A DNA stretch of 64,000 bases, taken from the NCBI GenBank assembly GCA_963761305.1, contig CAVXGK010000002.1, forward strand, positions 3,008,001-3,072,000. Reading direction: 5' to 3'. Below the pieces are notes generated by a model. It searched no databases and had not been told where the DNA came from. It saw only the letters and a program-made list of their open reading frames with translations. This DNA is from an uncultured Gemmatimonadaceae bacterium (GTDB lineage: Bacteria > Gemmatimonadota > Gemmatimonadetes > Gemmatimonadales > Gemmatimonadaceae). The position numbers were made by a program, and so were the translations under genes. Below, one piece after another: positions 20,570 to 28,046 of the stretch (position 1 is the first letter of the stretch; every line of letters begins with the position of its first letter).

Positions 20570-21234
20570 GTGAGGGCCCCGCGCAGGGGACTCAATCGCT
20601 CCCGCAGCTTTTGCAGCGCGAGTCGCATCCGCGTCTTGATCGTGCCGAGCGGCTGCCCGGTTTGCTCGGCGATCTCAGATTGACTCAACCCGCCGAAGTA
20701 TCCCAGCTCGAGCGCCTCGCGCTGCTCGGTAGGAAGATCGGCCAGCGCGGCGCGCACCAACTGACTGCGCTCAGCGTGCTCGGCGTCGGCGAGTGGATCG
20801 CTCGGCGCGGCCGGCGCCGGCGCCGACGTGTCGGCTTCGGCGGCGGCGACCAGCGGATCCTCACGGAGCCGTCGTCGCGCGCGAAGGCGGTCGAGGGCGC
20901 GGCTACGCGCGATGGTGAGTAGCCACGTTTGCACCGAGCCCCGCTCGGGCTCGAACCGCTCCGCTTGTCGCCACGCTTGCCAGAACGCTTCCTCCACGAC
21001 GTCCTCCACGTCATCCGGCGATTCGAGCATTCGCGAAACCACGCCGTGGACGACTGGGAACCACCGGTCGTAGAACGTGCCCAGCGCGCGCTCGTCTTTT
21101 GAACGCATGAGCTTGACCAGCTCGACGTCCGCGCCAGGGCCGGCCAAGCCGAAATCGCGCGTGGCATCCACGGGAGAGCCGGACGCGCTCTTCATCGTGG
21201 AGGGGTACGTCTCCGACTTGGAGGCCGGATTCAT
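20566..21234 (-). CDS. ECF RNA polymerase sigma-70 factor (SigK-like)
   Basis: WLLTIARSRALDRLR, EQREALELGYFGGLSQSEIA, PLGTIKTRMR. Overlaps the anti-sigma start. Confidence 0.93.
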   Translation of the reverse strand: MNPASKSETYPSTMKSASGSPVDATRDFGLAGPGADVELVKLMRSKDERALGTFYDRWFPVVHGVVSRMLESPDDVEDVVEEAFWQAWRQAERFEPERGSVQTWLLTIARSRALDRLRARRRLREDPLVAAAEADTSAPAPAAPSDPLADAEHAERSQLVRAALADLPTEQREALELGYFGGLSQSEIAEQTGQPLGTIKTRMRLALQKLRERLSPLRGALT

Positions 21235-21312
21235 CGCCGCGAATGTACCCGCGGCTCCAAGCCGCCGCCATCCGAGGGGTCATTGGGGGGCCGTCGTTAA
21301 ATTACGTTTCAG

Positions 21313-22578
21313 GTGGCTCACGATCCGTATGCGGCCCTCCGCGTAAAGAATTACCGGCGGTTCATCGTCTCGACGCTGACGATGACCCTGTCGTCGCAGA
21401 TTCAGGGCGTCGTCGTCGCGTGGCAGATCTACGCCCTCACGCACGACCCGCTGTCGCTCGGGCTGATGGGCCTAGCCGAGGCGCTGCCTTACGTGGGCGT
21501 CGCGCTGTTCGCGGGCCATGTCGCGGACAAGTTCAGCCGGCACCGCATCTCCATCGCCTCGCTCGCGGTGCTCCTGGCCTGCTCGCTTTCCCTTCTCACG
21601 TTCAACCTGATTCCGGGATTCCTGCCGCGGTTCGGGGCGCTGCCGTTCTACGTCGTCATCTTCACCAGTGGCATCGCGCGCAGCTTCCTCCAACCGGCGC
21701 GCAATGCGCTCGGCGCGGAGATCGTCGACCGCAAGCTCTACGCGAACGCCGTTGCGTGGCGATCGTCCACGTGGCAAACCGGGGCGGTCGTGGGTCCGGC
21801 CATCGGCGGGCTGATCTACGGTTTTTCATCGCCGCGTGTCGCGTACGTCACCGATGCGATCATGATGATCGTCGCGCTCGCGATGTTCTCGACGATCGAC
21901 TATGTCCATCGGCCGATCCAGGACACGCAGTCGATCGGACAGAGCCTCGGTTCCGGGCTGCGATTCGTCTTCCGCGAATCGGTGCTGCTCTCCGCGCTGA
22001 CGCTGGACCTGTTCTCGGTGTTGCTCGGCGGCGCGGAAGCACTGCTGCCTGTGTTCGCCGACCAGATACTGCACGTGGGCCCGCAGGGACTCGGCCTGTT
22101 GCGCGCGGCGCCGGCCGCGGGCGCCGTCGTCGCGTCGGTGTACTTGGCGCACCGGGCGCCGTTCAAGCGCGCCGGACGCACGCTGCTCATCGCGGTCGCG
22201 ACGTTCGCGCTATGCATCGTCGGCTTCGGCTTCTCGCGCAGCTTCGTTCTTTCGCTCGGGCTGCTGGCGATCAGTGGCGTGGCAGACAACGTCAGCGTGC
22301 TCATTCGATCGACGCTGCTCCAGGTGCTCACGCCTCGCGAGATGTTCGGCCGGGTGTCGGCCGTGAACTCGATCTTTGTGGGATCGTCGAACGAGCTGGG
22401 CGCGTTCGAGTCCGGCGTGACGGCCCGATTGCTCGGGCCGGTTCCGTCGGTGGTGCTGGGCGGCCTGGCGTCGCTCGGCGTGGTCGTCACGATCGGGTGG
22501 TGGGTCCCGAGGCTGCGGCGGCTGGGACGGATCGACGAACTGACCACGAGTCCCGGTCCGGCCACCGCGATCGTTTGA
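21313..22578 (+). CDS. MFS transporter (MFS_3/EntS-like)
   Basis: VVAWQIYALT, GHVADKFSR, LDLFSVLLGGAEALLP, GRVSAVNSIFVGSSNELGAFESG. Confidence 0.9.
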   Translation: MAHDPYAALRVKNYRRFIVSTLTMTLSSQIQGVVVAWQIYALTHDPLSLGLMGLAEALPYVGVALFAGHVADKFSRHRISIASLAVLLACSLSLLTFNLIPGFLPRFGALPFYVVIFTSGIARSFLQPARNALGAEIVDRKLYANAVAWRSSTWQTGAVVGPAIGGLIYGFSSPRVAYVTDAIMMIVALAMFSTIDYVHRPIQDTQSIGQSLGSGLRFVFRESVLLSALTLDLFSVLLGGAEALLPVFADQILHVGPQGLGLLRAAPAAGAVVASVYLAHRAPFKRAGRTLLIAVATFALCIVGFGFSRSFVLSLGLLAISGVADNVSVLIRSTLLQVLTPREMFGRVSAVNSIFVGSSNELGAFESGVTARLLGPVPSVVLGGLASLGVVVTIGWWVPRLRRLGRIDELTTSPGPATAIV

Positions 22579-22761
22579 GTGGAATCCATTGGCGACCAAT
22601 CATCAATTGGTAGCGTTCTGAGCAATCGAAGTCGACACAAACGGTTGCTTCTGTATCGATTTCGACCGACCGCGCGCTGAGAATTGCATTTTCTGCACGT
22701 TTTGCAGTACATTCCGCATTCGCAGCCCTGACCGCCACTCCAATGCGAGGGACCGTTCGCA

Positions 22762-24981
22762 ATGCCCGCGTCCAACCTGTCCGCCCGTAAGACCGTCATC
22801 CGCGAAATTACCGAACGCGAGGTGAAAACCGACGCGCTCGGCGACGATGGCGCGCTTCCGCGCACCTCCGAGTACTTCGGGATGAACACGTTCGGCGTGC
22901 GGCAGATGCGCGACCGGCTGCCGCGCGACACGTACAACAAGCTCCTCGACGCCGTTCGCCACGGGAAAAAGCTCGATGTCGACATCGCGCCCCGCGTGGC
23001 GCAGGCGGTCAAGGAGTGGGCGATCAGCCGCGGCGCGACGCACTTCACGCATTGGTTCCAGCCACAGACCGGCCTCACGGCCGAAAAGCACGACGCGTTC
23101 TTGTCGTTCGACGACGGCCAGCCGATGGAATCGTTCGGCGCCTCGCAGCTGATCCAGAGCGAGCCGGACGCGTCGAGCTTCCCGTCGGGCGGGCTTCGCG
23201 CGACGTGGGAGGCGCGCGGCTACACGGCCTGGAATCCCGCGAGCCCGGTGTTCATCGCCGAGTGGGCGGGCGTGAAGACGCTGTGCATTCCCTCGGTGTT
23301 CGTCGGCTACCACGGCGAAGCGCTCGACGAAATGACGCCGCTGTTGCGCAGCTCGGACGCGCTCTCGGCGAGAGCCATCGAGCTGCTGGAGCTGCTGGGC
23401 GACCGCGGCGTCTATCGCGTGTTCACGACCCTCGGCCCCGAGCAGGAGTACTTCCTCATCGACCGCGCGCACTTCGCGCTTCGGCCTGATCTCGTGATGG
23501 CCGGTCGCACGCTCATCGGCGCGCCGCCGCCGCGCGGACAGCAGCTCGAGGACCACTATTTCGGCGGAATCCCGGAGCGCATTCAGGCGTGCATCGCCGA
23601 GGTCGAGCACGAGCTGTACAAGCTCGGCGTGCCGATCATCACGCGTCACAACGAAGTCGCGCCGAGCCAGTTCGAGATGGCTCCGCGCTACGAGGAGACC
23701 GACGTCGCGGTCGATCACAATCAGCTCGTGATGGCGACGTTGCGCCGTGTCGCGCTTCGCCACGGACTGCAGGCGTTGTTGCACGAGAAGCCGTTCGCAG
23801 GGATCAACGGATCGGGCAAGCACTGCAACTGGTCGATGTCGATCGCGGCCGACAACCACGATCTCGACGGCTACAACCTTCTGATGCCCGGACAGACGCC
23901 GCACCAGAACATTCGCTTCCTCGTCTTCCTCGCCGCGGTGCTGCGCGCCGTGCACAAGCACGCCGGGCTGCTGCGCGCGGGCATCGGCACGAGCGGCAAC
24001 GAGCACCGGCTCGGCGCGAACGAAGCGCCGCCGGCGATCATCTCGGTGTTCATGGGCGGCATGCTCACGAAGGTCATCGACGCGATCGCGTCGGGGAAGA
24101 ACGCCACCAGCGCCGAGCACGAGATGATCAAGCTCGGCGTGGCACGGCTGCCGGAAATCGAAAAGGACAACACGGACCGCAACCGCACGTCGCCGTTCGC
24201 CTTCACCGGCGCGAAGTTCGAGTTCCGCGCCGTGGGCTCGTCGCAGTCGATCGCGTTTCCGATCGTGCTGCTCAACGCGGCCGTCGCCGAGGCGATCAGC
24301 GAGATCACCGCGGCGCTGCGCGCGGAGCTCAAGAAGACCAAGAAGGTGGACGACGCGGTGCTCAAGGTCGTGCGTCCGATCTTCAAGGAGACGTCGCCCG
24401 TTCGCTTCGAGGGCAACAACTACTCGGACGAGTGGGTGAAGGACGCCGCGAAGCGCGGTCTCCCGAATCTGCGCCGCACGCCCGAGTCGCTCATGCAGCT
24501 CGTGACGAAGCAGTCGGAAAAGCTGCTCACGTCGCTCGGCATCCTGAGCGCGGAAGAGCTGCACTCGCGCTATCACGTTCGGCTCGAGCGCTACGTCAAG
24601 GACATGCTGATCGAGCTGCACACGATTCGCGAGATGGTGGACACGATCGTGCTGCCGGCGGCGCTCGAGTACTCCGGAAGCCTGGTCGCGGCCGCCGCGA
24701 GCGCCAAGACGGCGGGGATCAAGTCGATTCCACAGATTGCGGAAGCCAACAAGCTCGGTGCGTCGATCGCCGACCTGCAGAAGCACCGCGCGACACTCGG
24801 CAAGGTGATCGACAAGGCCGAGTCGATGCACGACGCCATCGAGAAGCAGGCGCAACTCCTGACCAGCGACGGCGCCGAAGCGATGGCCGAGGTACGACGC
24901 TGCTGCGACGAGTTGGAGCTGTCGGTGAACGACGAGCTGTGGCCGCTACCGAAGTACCGGGAGATGCTGTTCCCGGTGTGA
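22762..24981 (+). CDS. glnA: Glutamine synthetase type III (GlnN-type)
   Basis: 739 aa; GATHFTHWFQP, EKHDAF, EPDASSFPSGGLR, GPEQEYFL, HEKPFAGINGSGKH, DRNRTSPFAFTG, WPLPKYREMLF. Confidence 0.96.
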   Translation: MPASNLSARKTVIREITEREVKTDALGDDGALPRTSEYFGMNTFGVRQMRDRLPRDTYNKLLDAVRHGKKLDVDIAPRVAQAVKEWAISRGATHFTHWFQPQTGLTAEKHDAFLSFDDGQPMESFGASQLIQSEPDASSFPSGGLRATWEARGYTAWNPASPVFIAEWAGVKTLCIPSVFVGYHGEALDEMTPLLRSSDALSARAIELLELLGDRGVYRVFTTLGPEQEYFLIDRAHFALRPDLVMAGRTLIGAPPPRGQQLEDHYFGGIPERIQACIAEVEHELYKLGVPIITRHNEVAPSQFEMAPRYEETDVAVDHNQLVMATLRRVALRHGLQALLHEKPFAGINGSGKHCNWSMSIAADNHDLDGYNLLMPGQTPHQNIRFLVFLAAVLRAVHKHAGLLRAGIGTSGNEHRLGANEAPPAIISVFMGGMLTKVIDAIASGKNATSAEHEMIKLGVARLPEIEKDNTDRNRTSPFAFTGAKFEFRAVGSSQSIAFPIVLLNAAVAEAISEITAALRAELKKTKKVDDAVLKVVRPIFKETSPVRFEGNNYSDEWVKDAAKRGLPNLRRTPESLMQLVTKQSEKLLTSLGILSAEELHSRYHVRLERYVKDMLIELHTIREMVDTIVLPAALEYSGSLVAAAASAKTAGIKSIPQIAEANKLGASIADLQKHRATLGKVIDKAESMHDAIEKQAQLLTSDGAEAMAEVRRCCDELELSVNDELWPLPKYREMLFPV

Positions 24982-24988
24982 GGTCGCG

Positions 24989-25510
24989 GTGACTGGACAA
25001 AGACGGGAGATTGGCATTCGTCAGGCAGTCGATGCCGATCTTCAGAAGGTGGCGGCGATTCTCAACCGTGAGATCGCCGCCTCGTCGTTTGTGTATGCCG
25101 ACGAACCTGTGACGCTCGATGAGCGTCGCCGATGGCTGGCAATGCATCGTGAGGCGAACCTGCCGGTGCTGATCGCCACCGACGAGACGAGCACGGTCGT
25201 CGGCTGGGCGTCGCTGTCGCCGTACCGGAAGTCGAGCGGGTATCGGTTCACGGCCGAGGCGAGCGTCTACGTCGAAGCTGAGGACCGACGGTGCGGGGTT
25301 GCCGCACGACTGCTCGCCGCGCTGTTCGACAGTCCGGCCGGTGTCCGGACACACGCGACCGTCGCCAGCATCGACGCCGACAACGCGCCGAGCATCGCGC
25401 TCTTCGAGCGCTATGGCTTTCGAGAGGTGGCTCGGCTGCCCGAAGTCGGGCGCAAATTCGACCAGTGGCGCACTCAGTTGTTGTTTCTTCGCACCCGCAA
25501 AGCCGGCTGA
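24989..25510 (+). CDS. GNAT N-acetyltransferase (phosphinothricin/methionine-sulfoximine acetyltransferase-like, Pat/YncA)
   Basis: VGWASLSPYR..SGYRFTAEASVYV, NAPSIAL, EVGRKFDQW are typical of the Pat/YncA subgroup. Confidence 0.85.
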   Translation: MTGQRREIGIRQAVDADLQKVAAILNREIAASSFVYADEPVTLDERRRWLAMHREANLPVLIATDETSTVVGWASLSPYRKSSGYRFTAEASVYVEAEDRRCGVAARLLAALFDSPAGVRTHATVASIDADNAPSIALFERYGFREVARLPEVGRKFDQWRTQLLFLRTRKAG

Positions 25511-25582
25511 CCGGGCTGTCGCTCGAGGTCGACCAGCGCCATTTTCGAGGCGATTTTCGTCCCTAGCCCCGAGGTCGGGCGC

Positions 25583-26839
25583 GTGGCACACGACGTATTC
25601 ATCAGCTACTCGAATCTTGATCGCACCGTTGCCGACGCGGCGGTCGCGGTGCTCGAACAACGCGGCATCCGATGCTGGATCGCCCCGCGCAACGTCACGC
25701 CGGGGCTCGACTGGAGCGAGGAGATCATCGAGGCGATCGAGCGCTCTGCGGTCATGGTGCTCGTTCTGTCGGCGCACGCGAACGACTCGCAGCAGATCAA
25801 GCGTGAGGTCGAGCGAGCGGTCCATCGCGGAATTCCGATCATTCCGTTCCGCATCGAAGACGTGCCACTGTCCAAGGCGCTCGAGTTTTTCATCAGCTCG
25901 CCGCACTGGCTCGACGCGCTCACGCCGCCGCTCGAGGAACATCTTCAGTATCTCGCGGACACGGTGCAGCTCCTCCTCGAGCGCCGCGGAGGCGCCGGCG
26001 GCATTGGCAGGAAGCCGGGTTCGACCGACCAGATCCGCAAGCGAAGCGCGCAACGGCGACAGTGGGGCGAGGTCAAACGAAAGGCGCGCCTGGCCGCATA
26101 CGGCGTCGCCGCGCTCGCGATCGTCGGTGTCGGCGCGTGGGCGTGGGGGCGGTTCGGCGATCGGCTGACGAACGGCGACGCCACGCCGCCGCGCTCAGGG
26201 AGCGGGAATCCCGGCATCGATTCGCTGCTCAGCAGAGTGCCGAACGGCGGCGCGCCGTCGCAACAGGGCGAATCGGGCGCCGTCGATCATGGACTCGTCG
26301 GCACGTGGCAGACGACGACCAACGTCAACGGCCAGCTGCTGCAGACGAAAATGGCGATCAATTCCGACGGCGCGTACCACCTCGACAACGTCATCGCCGA
26401 CAGTGGGCGATTTCTCGTGACGGGCCAGCAGCGCTATCGCATGCTGCCGCAGAACGGCGGCACGATCGATCTCACCGACTCCGGCATCGACGCGTCGCGC
26501 ATGGTCCTCACCGGCCCGCTCGGCACACAAACGTGGACGCGCGTCGGCTTCCCGACCAACAGCCGCTATCCGGTGATCGGCGATTGGCGCACGACCACCG
26601 TGACGAGCGGCGTGACGTGGCAGGTGGAGTTCACCGTCGAAGACCGCCACTGGCAGTACCATCTCACCTCGACCAGCGTCGACGACGGCTCGATCAGCGC
26701 ACACAACGGACAGTGGACGACGCGATCGCGTACGCTCGGCGGCGTCACGGCCACCGGCACGTACATGGTCGCCGACCGATCGAGCATGACACTCAACGGC
26801 CCGCCGTTCGGCGTCACGAACTGGACGCGTCTGCGCTGA
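25583..26839 (+). CDS. TIR-domain membrane protein with two tandem C-terminal beta-rich repeats
   Basis: HDVFISYS...GIRCWIAPR...IKREVERA...IIPFRIE TIR domain, a basic linker, TM AAYGVAALAIVGVGAWAWG, then repeats LVGTW...GPLGTQTWTRV and VIGDW...GPPFGVTNWTRL. Confidence 0.88.
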   Translation: MAHDVFISYSNLDRTVADAAVAVLEQRGIRCWIAPRNVTPGLDWSEEIIEAIERSAVMVLVLSAHANDSQQIKREVERAVHRGIPIIPFRIEDVPLSKALEFFISSPHWLDALTPPLEEHLQYLADTVQLLLERRGGAGGIGRKPGSTDQIRKRSAQRRQWGEVKRKARLAAYGVAALAIVGVGAWAWGRFGDRLTNGDATPPRSGSGNPGIDSLLSRVPNGGAPSQQGESGAVDHGLVGTWQTTTNVNGQLLQTKMAINSDGAYHLDNVIADSGRFLVTGQQRYRMLPQNGGTIDLTDSGIDASRMVLTGPLGTQTWTRVGFPTNSRYPVIGDWRTTTVTSGVTWQVEFTVEDRHWQYHLTSTSVDDGSISAHNGQWTTRSRTLGGVTATGTYMVADRSSMTLNGPPFGVTNWTRLR

Positions 26840-26850
26840 TCTCGCGCGGG

Positions 26851-27897
26851 TCAGCGCAGCCAGACGTAGACGAGGGCGCAGTCCTTGGTACCGTTCGCCC
26901 AAGCGGCGACGTCGGTGTTCGCCATCGGCACCGCGGAAATCGGTCGTCGACGCGTTGTCCGGGGAGGCGATCGGAGGTCGTAGATCTCGACCGTCTCGAC
27001 GTCGTCCACGGTCAGGTTTCCCACCTGAACCGTGTCGGGGCCGCCGTTCACCATCGCGGCGCAATCCTTGTCGAGCATCCCGGGCGGCCCGCTGTGCACC
27101 TGGTGGTACCCGATCTGAACGGCGTCGTACACCCACTCGAGTTTCATGTCGACGAGGTCGGCGTGCGTGAAGACGCGCGAGTGCTGGGTGTTGCGCCACG
27201 CGAGGCGCTGGCCGAGGTCGTCGACGTTATGAACCTCGCGCACGGTGAGCGCCCGTTTCGGAGGCGCGAGTGTCACGCGAATGCGCTCGCCGCTGTCGTG
27301 AGGGACCACCACACTCACCAGACGATCGGCGAATCCCGGGTCCTTCACCGCGACGACGTAGCTCCCCGCCTTGATCGGGATGTAGAACGCGCCCGCCGAG
27401 TCGGTCACGGTGCGCCCATCGTGGCCGAGCACCCGCACCTCCGCGCCGCCGAGTGCGTTGAACGCCGTGTCGCCGACGACGCCGCTCAATCCGCCGCGCG
27501 CCACCGTCGTCACGACCGGTCGAAGCACGTACGGCAGCGGTACGAGCGAGAACATTCCGGTGGCGCCGGCGCTGTCGACCACCATCTCGCGAATCTGCGG
27601 ACCGTAGCCGAGCTTGCGCGCCCGTACTTCGTACTTGCCGGGTCCGACGTCGGTGAACAGAAACGTGCCGTCGGCCTTGCTGAATACGCGGCGTTGCAGC
27701 GAAGCGATCGACACCTCGACGCTGTCGATCGCGAATGCCGAGGTGTCGCGAACGACGCCGCCGAGCTTTCGCGCGCCCGGACGATCCGGGGCCGCGTTGA
27801 CGACCACCGCCGGAAGGCGCGTTGGCTGCTGTCCCACCATCGACCGCCAGGGAAGCACGAGGAGCGCGCTGATAGCGATCGCTTTGGCGACTGTCAC
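26851..27897 (-). CDS. Secreted protein with two carboxypeptidase-regulatory-like domains and a C-terminal TonB plug-like segment
   Basis: GVVRDTS...G.F.F..V.PG.Y.VRARKLGY pattern repeated twice; VNGG...VDDVETVEIY...ALVYVWLR ending. The start is approximate. Confidence 0.75.
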   Translation of the reverse strand: MTVAKAIAISALLVLPWRSMVGQQPTRLPAVVVNAAPDRPGARKLGGVVRDTSAFAIDSVEVSIASLQRRVFSKADGTFLFTDVGPGKYEVRARKLGYGPQIREMVVDSAGATGMFSLVPLPYVLRPVVTTVARGGLSGVVGDTAFNALGGAEVRVLGHDGRTVTDSAGAFYIPIKAGSYVVAVKDPGFADRLVSVVVPHDSGERIRVTLAPPKRALTVREVHNVDDLGQRLAWRNTQHSRVFTHADLVDMKLEWVYDAVQIGYHQVHSGPPGMLDKDCAAMVNGGPDTVQVGNLTVDDVETVEIYDLRSPPRTTRRRPISAVPMANTDVAAWANGTKDCALVYVWLR

Positions 27898-27934
27898 TCT
27901 AGCGTCAGGCGGCGGCGACAGGCGGCAGGAAAAA

Positions 27935-27967
27935 GCGAAGGATCGGCGCGAGGCGCCGATCCTTCGC
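27935..27967 (-). terminator. Rho-independent terminator after the S9 peptidase gene
   Basis: Perfect 15-bp stem gcgaaggatcggcgc-gag-gcgccgatccttcgc, followed on the minus strand by TTTTT (27930-27934). Confidence 0.75.
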
Positions 27968-28046
27968 GTCACTGATGCTGCCGCCTGACGCTGACGACTA
28001 GAGTGCGTGAACGCCCGAACCATCGTCATCAGTGCGCTTGCCGCCG

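Noticed and set aside
22579..22761. NtrC box, sigma-54 promoter or glutamine riboswitch upstream of GSIII
   Set aside because: The tgca-rich stretch has wrong spacing for TGCAC-N7-GTGCA, and no convincing GG-N10-GC promoter or riboswitch consensus was recognised.
25583..26839. Thoeris, CBASS or Pycsar defence operon
   Set aside because: No SIR2/Macro effector, cyclase or STING partner is adjacent; only the stand-alone TIR protein is supported.
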